A stretch of DNA of 56,548 nt, counting the filler, from Sphacelaria rigidula (Eukaryota), in assembly GCA_964200075.2 (NCBI GenBank). It is 5 parts of 5 records of this genome, joined end to end, with 100 filler letters (N's around TTAATTAATTAA, not from the genome) between each part and the next. Parts side by side here need not be neighbours in the genome. Positions count along the whole stretch, not along the records: positions 22,661 to 33,890 come from CAXNAA020005202.1; positions 33,991 to 45,219 come from CAXNAA020005203.1; 3 more parts are not named here. One strand, 5' to 3'. The notes beneath the pieces were generated by a model. The model was not told where the DNA came from. It searched no databases and worked only from the letters and a program-made list of their open reading frames with translations. Below are positions 23,480 through 35,975 of this stretch, in pieces. Position 1 is the first letter of the stretch. Each line of letters starts with the position of its first letter. A program made the translations under genes and the position numbers.

Positions 23480-25850
23480 CACGCCGCGTGGAGAATTCAA
23501 CCTCGAGCACTTCGGTACTCTCCACGGCGCCCTGGCTTATCAGAAGAATCCTCAAGCGACCGGAGCTATTTACCACCTACGATATAACGGTAGCGTGGGT
23601 ATTACACTCTCCGACGACCCCCAACTTCTTGAAGTTGCGCTAGTTCGCCGAAATGGCATGCCAGCACTTAAGGGCCATTATCTTGCTGAAATATTACCCC
23701 GTATTGGCGCACCAGCCGACACAGAATATTTTTTGTCGGCGGGACAACAACTCCTCCCTCTTACGGGCCATGCTAACTTGGAACCCGGCGATGTTTTAGG
23801 AATCGCCGCTGCTCCCCTGATGCACATCCCACTCGAGACGTGCGTCACAGAGCCGGCCGCGCCTAACGCAACATCTCCGGCGGAGTCAGTCCATTGCGTC
23901 GATGAGCCCTATTTCGACTTCGCCTCCGCAACTCTACCCCACGTCCACACCGTGGATCCTGCCCAGTCAAATTCCGATCCTCCTGCTGAAGTGCTTCAAC
24001 GCTCATCACCAGATTCTCGGAATAGTTTCTTGCACGTGTGGGACCGACTACCGCCACACATGCGCGACATCAATTTTGACCTTCACGGGCCCGGTTGGGA
24101 ACCGGCAGTCATCCAACAACTCAGTGATGTCCTGCATGAGGACCTAGACCGATTTTCCCGATCCAAGACGGATCTTGGGCATTGCAAAACACTGCCCTTT
24201 GAGGTTACCCTCCAACCCGGCGTCACACCGATCTCTTCCCGACCATTCAGGACGAACCCAATCCTTATCAAAAAGGTTAACGCCATCTTGGATGCGTATT
24301 TGGGAGCAGGACTGATACAACATCCCCCCTCTCCTTGGGCCTCGCCACTTACTTGTGGTTGTCCCTAAAAAGGCCGGCAACATACGCATCACCGTGAATT
24401 ACCAACGGTTGAACCGCGTCACCGTGATTAGTAAACTTCCCATCCCCCGCATCAATGAAGTCTTCGACTCCTTACGTGAAGAAAAAATATTCAGCACCTT
24501 TGACCTCGCTTCTGGATTCCTCCAGAATACTATCCACCCTGACACAGCCCCACTTACGGCTTTTTGTAACTCCTCCGGGCTTTATGAACGGCTCCGAATG
24601 CCACAAGGCGCTGCCACCGCCCCAGGATGCTTTCAACGCTTAATGCAACGCGTTACGGAGGGCCTAGAGCACATCATCATGTACCGAGATGACGCTATCG
24701 CTTTTGATGCCTCACCTATTGCACATGTCCGCACTCGGCGAGAATTTCTCTCTCGACTGCGAACACACGATTTGAAACTGTCCCCATCCAAAGCTTGCCT
24801 TGGCGCGTCTGACTTGGATTTTTTGGGGCATTCCATCTCGCCCACAGGCCTACACCCGGATACGAACAAAGTCAGGGCTATGACCGACTTACCGATGCCA
24901 ACTAACATATCTCAACTTCGCTCACTGTTGAGCGGGCTATCTTACTACCGCAAATTTGTGCCGAATTTATCTAAACAGATACGACCCCTCACCGAGCTAC
25001 TCAAGAAAGGAGCCGTGTTTTCCTTCACCACCGAGATGGAAAATATCACCCGCGAATTGCTGAAAACGCTTACCGAAAAACCGGTCCTCTGTTTCCCTGA
25101 TTGGGAGGCAGTGCAAGACGGCTCTCGCCTTTTTCAACTCCACACTGACTCTAGCACAGACGGATTCGGAGGAGTTTTGAATCAACCTCAGGCTGACGGC
25201 TCTGTTCGACCTCTCCTCCACATCAGTCGCGTCACCTTGCCCAATGAGGCCAACTGGAGCCCGTTAGAACTGGAAGGCGGAGTTATCCTCTGGGCCATTA
25301 AGCGCCTTCGACAATACCTTTTTCACGTGCCCTTTGAAATCTACACGGATAATGGGGCACTCGAGCAACTCGCCAAGGTCGGCGAATACAACCCGCGCGT
25401 ACAACGCTGGTTGGAGTTTCTAACAGCATACCAGTATACCATTAAGCATCGTCCAGGCAAAACCAACGGGAACGCTGATCTTCTCTCCCGATCACCCCTG
25501 CCGCCTACAGCCGCAGATTCCAGCCCGGCTTGCCGTCTAACGGAACCCGACGAACCTGGGATTCACCCTATTAGACGTTTTTCGACGCCAGTCTACGCCC
25601 TTGACCTTCAATGTCCAGAAACTGGTATGCACATGGGCGAACCTCGCCCTCTGCCCTATGACGCCGTCTTGGGTGGGTTAAAACCCACAACTTCCGATTT
25701 TGTCGATTTCCAGACCTTCGGTACTCGCGCCAAGCTTCTCACGGAGACACCCTCGGTTGTCCACCTGATTTCAGACAACACGCGCTCTTGGTCTGCCGCC
25801 CGCACCAACCGCCCAAGTGCCCCGCCGCCACCGATGACAGCTGCAAGTTC
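23480..25850 (+). mobile_element. Ty3/gypsy pol fragment A (RT and RNase H), frameshifted and truncated before integrase
   Basis: ORFs 23595-24368 and 24355-26136: SPWASP / VVPKK..IRITVNYQRLN, FSTFDLASGF, MPQG, YRDD, FLGH, YYRKFVPN, LHTDSS, NWSPLELE, IYTDN, HRPGKTNGNADLLSR. Confidence 0.95.
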
Positions 25851-25857
25851 CGCGAGC

Positions 25858-28800
25858 CAGATCATTTGCACCTTCAGGTCCGCTACTTCCAACGTACAGA
25901 AAATCAAAATGAACAAATTTACCTGGCGCAGTACCATGCACAGTATCGCCATACGGGCGAGGTACAATCTCACCAGCACGAGTGTCTACACAATGCAAAC
26001 ACCGTCGAACGAACTCGCGAACGTGGGAACCCATGTGAGGCTGAACACAGTATTCTTTCAAACGAAACAGAGTCGGCGCCACACAACGGTGACCGGCCGA
26101 CCGCATGTGAGCGCACACCATCAAGCAAGTATGTAGAGCCTTATCATCCGACGGAATCCACAAAACATCACGACTGCCTACACGCACGCGAAACAAACCA
26201 TTGTCAACCAAGGTAGCTTGACCGAAAGTCGTAGGAGAATAATGAACATCGTCGCCGACTGTTTTGCGCTGCGCGGCACCAATGACATCTAACGAGGGCA
26301 GCGAATCATCGGCATCACACGGGCTGTACACGGCAACAGAACGAACAGGCACGGTAGGAACCTTCACCCAGCGAAACAACAAATCTTCCCAACAATTGCG
26401 CTCTCCAGGAATGTGTCCAATGGCATACCGGTATTGGCCTAGTTCTGCTTCCCAATTTTCAAGCCGTTGTGCCATGGCCTTCGTCACCGATGTGTCACAC
26501 TCTTGGGGATTAAATATGTACTCGAGATTACGATGATCGGTGAAAATGCGGACACCGCCCCAAAGCAAGTACTCTAGCCTTCGAAATGTATTGACTATCG
26601 CGAAACCTTCCTTGTCTACTGTCGCCCACCGCAACTGTGAACCCTTAAAACTACCACTCAGAAAAGCCAACGGTTCGTGTGACATGTTTTCGAGCGCAAT
26701 ACCACTATTAAACGCTGCGACAGGCACTTGCGTCAAAAAAGTACCCCAGTGAAAATTCGAAGCATCCGGAAACATGAGAACAACGCACCCTGGACGAGGA
26801 TGATACAGCGGCACCGCTTGCGCCACCAAATCTTGGGCAGCACGCCATGCCACGATCCTCTGTCCAAGCATCCTCCGGAATTGTACGATTACGCGCCACC
26901 CGCTTGGTCCGACGCGAAGCCCCGGCCATGAGTTCTTCCACAAATACTCGAAGCGGAGCAACTTCTTCCGCCATGCGCGGGAGCAAAGTCCGCAACCAAT
27001 TCACCGCCTGCAGAAACTGCATTAGCTCACTAGCGTTTTGAGGACGTCGCATATTGCTCAAACCTTGACCACGGACGGGATCATGCGAAACAGTACCCTT
27101 GGAGTACACCCTACTACACTAAACCACTTCGCGTGAGAAAAACGTGCTCTTATGCGCAGCGACGAACAGACCAACACTCTCCAAGCGGCCAAGAATTTCG
27201 TCAAGCAAAGGTAACAGTGCTTCTTCGGTTTCAGCAAAATAGAAGACGTCATCCACGCACACTTTACAATCTAGACCTCGCAAAATGTCAGTCAGCACAC
27301 CTTGAAAATACGCCGTGGCGTTCAACACACCCTGCGGGAAACGAGTAGGCGTGAATAAACCTTCCGGCGTGACGATCGTCAAGATTTCCTGAGCCTCCGG
27401 TGCCAGAGGCATCTGCCAATACCCCTGTAGCAGGTCCAACTTGCCGAAGCATTGGGCTCCCAGCAACTCCCGCATGTCTTCTTGGCTTGGTATCACCCCC
27501 GGAGACTGTTCCACTTGCGCGTTCACCGCCTGATAGTCGCTGACCAAACGGAATGTATCCCTTTTCGGCACCGCCATCGCCGGACTCGCCCACACAGCCT
27601 GGATGTTCCTTACCACCAAACCAAACGCCACCAAAGCTGCGGTGCATGAGGCAAGCCACCCGGTCTTCACCGGATCGTACCGTTCGGGCTTGGCCTTCAC
27701 CGCCTTCGCCTGGGGCTTAAGCTGCACCTTCATAGGCTCAACGCGCGCTGGCGGATCACCACGCAGCGCACGGCGAAAAGTATCTATGCGACGAGCCAGA
27801 ATATCGCGCAGACAATATACGCCATCGGCGCTCAGACCCTTCTGCTCGGCCTGCCGCACACTATCCTCAAGCGCACGCTCCCGTGCACCTCTCTCCTCTG
27901 CTGGGTTCATGAACATATCAGGCCCCCGATCGACCAAGCGCTCTATTGCTTCATCAGTAGGAGCTTCCTCCTCACAAGCACTTTGGAATGACCGTATTGA
28001 TACGATCACACGCCTTGCAGCAAGATAGCTGGAATTTTCCACGCCAGTTTGCACCGGCACAGCACGCGGATGTAACTTCTCCAACGCCAACGGATACAAA
28101 TCAATTCCCAGCTCCTTGATTGTTGCCATCCCAAATAGAACCACGTTGTCCCTACCGGGCATGACAGCGAAAGTAATGGGCTGTAACTGCACCGCCCCCC
28201 ACGGCGTACGAACGCTAACAGTAATTGGCACTGTTTTATGTGTGACCCTCACGGGAGCACCCGTGGCAGTCTGCGCCGTTTACGGTCCGTTTTCGAACGG
28301 AATTTGAAGCTGAGCGCCGCCAAGCTGCAAAGACATTTGCTGAAGCAACCCCACACCAATCGACGTGAGAGCGGACCCAGAATCAAGAATAACGCTGGCC
28401 ATAAACGAACCTACAGAACCAGGCAAGACTAAATCTTCGCGTAAGCATTCACCCTTGCGATCGACAGGTACCACGCCTGCCGAAGAACCCTGTTCTGTCC
28501 CAATAGACACCTGACGCCATGGCTGCCCTCCAGCACTCGGCATCGATAGCTGCGAATCGTCGGTCCAACCAGACCACGTCGCCGAATACGCAGACGGCGC
28601 TGTAACCGCCGTCGCAGCCGTAGGAAATGCACCAGACTAGGATCCTACCTGGCCGATGGGTTACGAGCTATTCGCTCCAGCACTCCCCACCGAAGTACTT
28701 GCGTTTCCCACGTACACTGTCCGCCCCGCTACGGAGGAACCAGAAACTCCAGAGTTACCACCTGATGACGTAGTGGACGAAACAGCAGCGGACGAACCAC

Positions 28801-30146
28801 CATCCGCCGCCGATTGCTTGCTTTCGCGGCCGCCGCGCCCGCGTCCCTGATTGGCACAGCCCCGTCCACCGTGACGACCGCCCCGAGATCCTGATAAATC
28901 TCGTGCATTGCCCTGTGCAGCGCCTTGAGCGCGAGGCTTGGGGCAGTCCTTGACTGTGTGTCCGGTGTCGTCGCACTTATAACACGCGCGAGTGGACGAC
29001 TCTCGCGAAGACGACTGCTGTTTCTGTTGATGTTGCTGTTTGCGGCGCGTACCACCTGCACTTGTCGCAGAGTCGCGCCGGCCATGTGCTTTTATGAAAT
29101 TCCACTGATCGGCCGCCTCAAATACTGTTTTAACACCACCGTTGGGTTCCTCTTCCAGCCGTCCATATACGTTGGTGCATTTTTAACATACGCCTTGAAG
29201 TCCGAGGGTGAAATCCCATCCACTAAAGCTATGGACACCGACTCGGCCGGGCCAGGCAAGCAACTCCTGTCCTCCGCACGGTACATTGCTTGCACCATCA
29301 AATTTTCAGCAGAAAACCTTTCCATGTCTGAGCTAACCATCATAGCACGATCCTTCACGGACTTTCCATCGCTCTGCTTCGTTGTAAGTACCCTACGTAG
29401 GTCTGCTGCAGCCCGCGTAGTGTCATGCTTTCCACCGGTTGTTATATACCCGGCATGCTGCTTCACAACATCAAGCAATTCATCGGAGGTCATAACCCGA
29501 CCGTCCTTGTACATATCCTCGAAGCAGCGGTGAATGTAGACAGGAATGAGTTGACCTATGCTCACCCTCTTATGCCGTATGATTCCTTCTGCATTAGCTA
29601 GACTCCACCTCTGTACGTATTCGACGTATCTGGCAAAAAAAACACGCGAGATGCTTCCTCGGTCCATAATTCACAATACTTTGGCGACTGTAATGGCTCA
29701 TCTAATACCAGCGGCGTCGTTGCCGCTTGAGCCATGTTCTCCATGACTCAAAATCACTTCACGGAGAGACTCTTGCCTGACTTGTGCGCCCTCCAGCTCA
29801 CGGAGCGGCCTCCCAATGCTGTGCGCTTCAGGCTGCTTCCCCCCCTGTCTGCGGGCTCTGCAACTCGTTCTGTGAGCTGCTGCCCAATCTCTCCTCAGCC
29901 AAATTCCTCGAACAGAGTACCGGAAGAATATCTAGATATTGTAGCCTCTGCCAGACGATCGGGACGAGAGAACTATCCACGAGGGACTCCTCCAGTAGCA
30001 CTGGCCTCGTGCTCAACAAGTCCTTTCTTCTCACTTGTTATTACTTCGGAGTGATCCTGAAACATACCACATATTGAGCCAGCAGCAAGGGGCCACACAG
30101 ATAAGGATCATCAATCCAGGATCCCCTGTCCCCCGCGACTGCTCCA
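25858..30146 (-). mobile_element. Ty3/gypsy element B (gag-PR-RT-RH-start of IN), degenerate and 3'-truncated
   Basis: gag 29092-29667; CCHC knuckle CYKCDDTGHTVKDC at 28984-28943; protease ILDSGS (28280-28543); RT KLDLLQGYWQ, PQG, CVDD (27119-28252); RNase H PDAS, DKEGFA, FTDHRNL; integrase HHCC (AHMRSAGH...CLHC) and VHFDF before the break. The domain order is gypsy-type. Confidence 0.95.
30129..30146 (-). promoter_or_regulatory. Putative primer-binding site of gypsy element B
   Basis: Minus strand TGGAGCAGTCGCGGGGGA upstream of gag, complementary to a tRNA 3' end ...CCCCGCGACUGCUCCA. An adjoining LTR is not clearly recognisable. Confidence 0.55.
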
Positions 30147-30229
30147 ATCATGCATGCGGTTATACTGAAACCTACGGCTTGGTATTATTTGGCTACAGGA
30201 TGAACCCCATTTTCTAGGATCCACTGTTG

Positions 30230-31510
30230 AATGCTCATTTTTCACCCTATGTAATTGGGGGTCAAGATATATCTTGACCGCATTGGAATCATGTATGTGC
30301 GGTGGGTAGACATGCTGGCGGCACTGCATGCTAAAACAAGAGTGAAGAGCGTAAATTGATCTTGGTTGTTGGCCGAATTGTAACCTGGCAGACTGATCGA
30401 AAAGTGCTCCAGCATGTTTACACAACATGGATAAACAAGTGTGTAACTGGAAGCATGGATTCGTCCGCGTAAACATACAGATAACTGTTGAGATGCAACT
30501 CATTGTGGAATGATATTTTTTACTGTTTGATTATAACGGTCAGTGGAGTGAGATATCACTATATTGATGAGACCTGGTAACCGATACGCTTCTGCCCATC
30601 TCCACTGTTTTGCGTCAAGCCTTACTTTCCGGTGAGGCTCGATATCGGAAAAAACAATCTCCGGCGATAGGTGGCAAGCTGAAAGATGGGTGGACGCGAA
30701 CCGGCAACGAGCACAACCCCCGCGATATGGATCTCCCGATGGGCATCAGTGGAGAAAGGAAACCATGCTCCGCGATGCTGACGCCCCCCATTTCGGTATA
30801 ATAGCCCGAAACGAGGGGGGGAAAGAGAAAGATACAGACTGTTTGAAAGCGAAAAATGGGGGGGGGGAAGCTGTGATGTCATTTTGTGCTTTTGATTGCG
30901 CATGTTGAAAACCGTTGAGCAAAATTTCGCTCTGACGGTTCGCTAGATAGAATTTTGGTACATGATTGATTATACGCTTGACTGACTGTATGCCGGAAGG
31001 TGTCGGAGATATTTACTCCGCCGGATCGCGACGTAAAAATTGCATAGTCTTTAACTAAAATCATGTTTTTTCTGTTTCCTGTTTCGAAGATTGATATCTC
31101 CAAGTTTCGAAAAATTGAGTATGTGCACTTGATTATGCGCACGCCGTACTGCAAGATGGGCGTAAAATAAACCTCACGTGAGGGGCTTGATTTTGTACTA
31201 TGTTGCAAAGTTAGATGATTGTCTGAACCGGCACTTGGTGTGTGCACGGTATTGCTTGCTCTATTGGAACGCGCAAAACGTGGGAGTCTGTGTTTGCAAA
31301 TTTCCGTTAGCACGGATAATATCCTAGTTTCGCGAGAGCTTGATTTTGAATCTTTGTACGCTGGTCGGGATCCTTTGGCGAAAGAATTTGGATGCTGTTG
31401 AACAGCGGATTCCAGAGTACCTTTTCGAAAGAAGGGGCGCACCCATGATACTGGTATATGATGTCTATGAGGGCAGGTGCGATCTTTTCCCGGAAGTACC
31501 TGTTTGATGA
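30230..31510 (-). pseudogene. Possible highly decayed non-LTR (LINE) reverse transcriptase relic
   Basis: Only weak motifs in the expected order: ILSPKDPDQRTKIQN (~31390-31345) and YLYVYADE (~30485-30460). Many stops. Confidence 0.25.
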
Positions 31511-32090
31511 CATATACAGTACTGTATAGTTTGGAGAGATGTCTGCTCACATGATGAAGTTTTGTTGTCTGGATTGGTTTCCTGTAAAGCCTACTACTGA
31601 AATGACAGTGCAAGGGGGGTATTCAAGTGAACAGCCTTTCAAGTATAGTCTACAGTGCTGATCAACCATGGTACAGAGGTGCTTGTCTTCACGGGTTTTG
31701 ACAGTTACATGCGATGGGATTTGCTACCATAGTAGTAGGCGTATGTAATGTACTCACGTACCAAATGTCTGGTTGGGAAGTTCCGCTCATCACGGTGTTG
31801 GGTAGCCACACCAACTCTCTTCCTTTTCTTCCTTCCCTTTACTTTGACTAGCTATGCAATACTACTCGTCTACAACATGATCGGCTGGGCCGTGTCCTTT
31901 GATCGACTTGACCAGTCGCGTTCATCCGTCCCTGTGTACGGATCACGTATCGAGGAACAGCTGACCGCAAACTCAACATCGACCTGGTGCTGCCCATCAC
32001 CACACACATACGCAGTTCTGAAGCAGGCATAGGCGCTCACAGATGCCGCGTTCTCCGTACACTTGAACGCAGTAGTCCGCCAACTGTTTT

Positions 32091-33143
32091 CTTTCCACAA
32101 AGATCAAAGGAAATGCGCTAAACGTGGGATTTTACAAATTGGGGTCGTGCCGCGTTAGCGCCCGGCTAGCGCACCAGGCTACTCTTGTCGTGCAGCCGGC
32201 CTGCCTGACGGCACCACGGCTGGACGGCGGAGCTACGCCGGTGGCACATCATGAGATACATGCGACCTGCTGTAGCCGCTGGTGTAATAGAGGCAGCGCC
32301 GGGAGGCCAGCCGGTTCAACACTCCTCGGTTCAACACGTCCTTCACCAGACGAACTGCCGCAATCTTTGCGAGCTGCATCACTGCATCGCCAAGCTTTCC
32401 ACACCTGCATTGGTATCGTCCAGTGTAGTCCGTCCGATCGACGCGGCTGCCCACGTTGTCCAAAAATCATTCAATTCATCAACCTGCTTATCCAACGCAA
32501 TTGTCCGAGGTATGAAAGGCCCACTGCTGCAACCTCGGTTCGACTCGACACGATCCGCCTTGCTGGCAAAGAACTGCAAAAGCCTGGAACTGACGCAGAA
32601 CTATCCCGGTGTATCAACTCCATGAACGTAGATGTGGGATCCTTATAAGAGGGTAGACTTGGGGATGTGTCGACTCTCTCCTCCTAACCTTGTGTTTGCC
32701 ATGTCCGCCCGCCCCGGCGGCCTGATTTCGTGATTCGGTGATGCCGTCCTGATTTGGTGATTTGGTGACGCCGCTGATAAAAATCTCAGACAACATCGAT
32801 TCGCGATGCTGTCACAACTGATGGTCGCACCACATCCGTCTCCCGGATTCCATAAACCTCGACTTCAACCCAGACACCGTTATTGTCACTTCATCGTGGA
32901 TGCACTTGTCCTTGTACCTTACTGCTTCTCCCACACTGAACTGACTCACTGGGTTCATCACACAGGCAATCTTGCATGTCAATGTGTTCTGAAATGGCTT
33001 CTATATACTGCAACCACTATAAACATCTGGGAAAATTCTTCCCGCTTCTGCACAAAACATCTATTCTTCCCTGACAGAGAATCGAGCCTCTTTCCACAAA
33101 GATCAAAGGAAATGCGCTATATGTGGGATTTTACAAATTGGGG
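32091..33143 (+). repeat. ~54-bp direct repeat pair (32091-32144 and 33090-33143)
   Basis: CTTTCCACAAAGATCAAAGGAAATGCGCTA..GTGGGATTTTACAAATTGGGG occurs twice, ~1 kb apart, with about 2 mismatches. Confidence 0.9.
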
Positions 33144-33177
33144 ATGGATTTCCATTGAGGGTTAGAGACCCAAACAG

Positions 33178-33500
33178 TTAAAATCTTCGTATCCACACCA
33201 AATCTTCGAAATAAAGTTCCACTCCTCCACCTACTGGTAGCTATTGACAACTACCACACGCTGAAGAACTTTGGGTTTCGATAACCGAAGTGTTGGGGTC
33301 CTCGGTGTAAAACCAATTTTAGGGAATTTCGGCGATCTGATCGGATCATCTAATTTCCCCAAATTTGTTTCTTTACCAAGGACCCCAACATGTCAGTTAT
33401 CAGGATCCAAATCTATATGGCTAATAGTTGTCAATAGCTACCAGTTGGTGGAGGAGTGGAACTTTATTTCGAAGATTTGGTGTGGATACGAAGATTTTAA
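33178..33500. mobile_element. Palindromic MITE bounded by TTAA
   Basis: ~76-bp near-perfect terminal inverted arms (33178-33253 / 33425-33500). The interior is also imperfectly self-complementary. TTAA at both ends. Confidence 0.88.
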
Positions 33501-33530
33501 TTCTCCGAGTTCTCATCCTCAATACAAATA

Positions 33531-33890
33531 CGAGCTGGGCCAGCCTAGAAGCGATTCTACAGTTTGCAGGCCGATTATACGGCCAATACTTGGAGCTGGA
33601 CCCTGAAATTTGGTATGGACAATGAGTAGGGCATTAAAAAAAATACTGGCGTACACAAGGGATTTTTGTTTTTTTTCATGAGTTAGGGGCATTTTACCCA
33701 TATCTGAAAACTGATTATTGCCCTTGACTCGCATGCCAGTAATCGTTTCTATCGTGCCCTACTCATTGTCCGTGCCAAATTTCAGGGTCTAACTCCAAGT
33801 ATTGGCCGCACAATCGGCCGTTTAGTGACAGGGTCAGAAGAAATTCGGGACAGTATTTTGCAGGCCATTTACGGGCCCACGTTTGGTGTT
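33531..33890 (+). mobile_element. Left end of a Tc1/mariner-type MITE (TA-CGAGCTGGGCCAG family), cut by the contig end
   Basis: TA plus CGAGCTGGGCCAGCCTAGAAGCG; colinear with 34483-34857. Confidence 0.85.
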
Positions 33891-33990
33891 NNNNNNNNNN
33901 NNNNNNNNNNNNNNNNNNNNNNNNNNNNNNNNNNTTAATTAATTAANNNNNNNNNNNNNNNNNNNNNNNNNNNNNNNNNNNNNNNNNNNN
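33891..33990. other. Artificial contig linker
   Basis: Same N44-TTAATTAATTAA-N44 structure. Confidence 0.97.
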
Positions 33991-34482
33991 GATAGTAGGC
34001 TTCTTGCCCGGCCCAGCTCGTACAGAAAAGTGGTCGCGGAATGTACTTCGTACATCACCAGGTTGAACAGCACTCTGCATCACACGTCGCACCTGGCGTT
34101 GTGATCAAAAACCTTTTGTGCTTCTTGTCTCGCACGATGAAGGACGATTTTTGTTAGACGGAAACATCACGCCGCGTGTGATGCCGCCACTTCTGTGATG
34201 TCCAATATCGAATCACATTCTTCTGCTGCTGTACCTTCATACAACCAGGCGTGCACCCCACTTCGGGTTAGGTTGCTAGTTTGCCAGAGTAGTACCGTGA
34301 AGTCTTGCAAGCTGCGTCCCTACCAACGTTGCTGTATCATATCGAGTATCGATACTCGGTAGGTATCGCGTCATTTTCCGACTATCGAAAAAAATATCTG
34401 TATCGGCGCTTTTTCGTCGATATTTTGAAATATCGTATCGAACTGTTTTCTTCCGTTTGATTTTCAACGCCACTACTTCGTA

Positions 34483-35678
34483 CGAGCTGGGCCAACCGAG
34501 AAGCGAATGTATAGTTTGCAGGCCCACTAGCCGGCCAATATTTAGAGTTGGACCCTGAAATTTGGTATGGACAATGACTAGGGCGTATAATTGAAACAAA
34601 TACCAGGGCACACGAGTTTTTTTCTTCTTCATGAGTTGAGGGCATTGTACTGATGCCTGAAAACTGATCATTATCCTTAACTCATTTAAAACGAAACTTG
34701 TGTGCTCTGTTACTTTGTTTTATTATGCCCTATGCATTGTCCATACCAATTTTTAGGGTCCAGCTCTGAATGCTGGCCGGCTAATGGGCCGTTTAGTGAC
34801 GGGGTCGGTAGTAATTCGGAACAGTATTCTGCAGGCCACTTACCGGCCCACGTTTGGCCTTTGTGTATCGAAACTTTATGTGGGCCGTCGCCAGGGCATT
34901 ATTTGCAGAACAAAGTGGATAAGGTTGATTTTTTCATCTTTTTCACTCGTTCAGGGCGTTCTAGCATGATCAAGACCATGCCTCCACAAGAACGCCCTGA
35001 CATCTATGAAGAAAAAAACAACTTGAAGGCCCATTTTTTTCATTCGGCACACCTTCGTGGTTCTCCATGCTAAGTTTCAGATCATGAGTCTAAATGGTGA
35101 GGTGAAAATTTGAGATAAGGCCGAATAACAGTGTCAATTTCTCCTCAAAACTGCCCTAAAACCCGGCAAAAAAATGAAGAAAAAATCCGAGAAATGTGTA
35201 GAAGCCTTTTTTTTTAGCTCCAGTATGCACTAGGGGTTCCCCCTACGAAATTGCATAGCATAATTATCAAAACCTCAGATGCAGTATCCAGATTTAGGGC
35301 ATCTAGTGCCTCTGCTCGTAATACATTGATTTTGTATGGAAACTTACGTGCGCCATATCTCGAGGTAGATAACGAATTAGGTGAAGATGAGGGTCTCTAT
35401 CGTTTCCCCGTGCTCCAGGGAATGTCCGCACCAAAAATCGTATGCATCGATCGGGAGTTTCATGGAGATTTTAGTATGGACGCTATTTCCATAAGGTACA
35501 GGAATTACTAGACATGTGGTTTAATCAAGGAGAAAATATGGGCCCAGACTTGTGAGCGGATGGGCACCTTCCCCTTGATTGGGCGATTAATACAATACGC
35601 GGATCATGGTCCAACTCTTCTGTTTCGATGAGATATTGCTTTGAGAGCTTAAATCCGTTTCTAGCCTGGCCCAGCTCG
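34483..35678. mobile_element. Complete ~1.2-kb Tc1/mariner-type non-autonomous element
   Basis: TA|CGAGCTGGGCCAACCGAGAAGCGAAT ... ATCCGTTTCTAGCCTGGCCCAGCTCG|TA, with no transposase ORF. A further right-end copy lies at 33991-34020. Confidence 0.88.
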
Positions 35679-35834
35679 TATCCGTGTTACGTATTTGGCT
35701 GCTTCTCACGGGAATGTGTATTTTTCACATCAAATTTTGGTCTTTTCTCGGAATCCCACCGGTATCCATGACGACTGCCCTGAAAATTTATGCCGCTGGG
35801 CCATCGCTCACAACCTCACAGCTCGTAACTCGCC

Positions 35835-35975
35835 TTCTTCGGGGCAAGTCCGTGGTCTCGAGGTATCAACCGATCTCTCCCCGGTACACGCCTTGCATTT
35901 TGGCGTCGCGGACTGGGCCATGACTATCAGCACTCCCGCACCGCGTCAACTCTCGTGAAACAAACCCAGCTCAAC
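35835..35975 (+). repeat. Dispersed repeat (probable retroposon 3' fragment)
   Basis: Reverse complement of ~50125-50265. A partial third copy lies at ~50547-50606. Confidence 0.75.

Noticed and set aside
28925..29533. Long antisense ORFs over the TEs (e.g. 28925-29533, 40686-41375, 41845-42495)
   Set aside because: Shadow ORFs opposite GC-rich TE coding sequence.
30879..31613. 244-aa minus-strand ORF as a real gene
   Set aside because: No recognisable domain or splice structure; the weak RT-like motif lies in another frame.
33531..34022. A single MITE spanning the linker (left end before it, right end after it)
   Set aside because: The contigs are length-sorted, and contigs tend to break in high-copy repeats, so this is probably coincidence.
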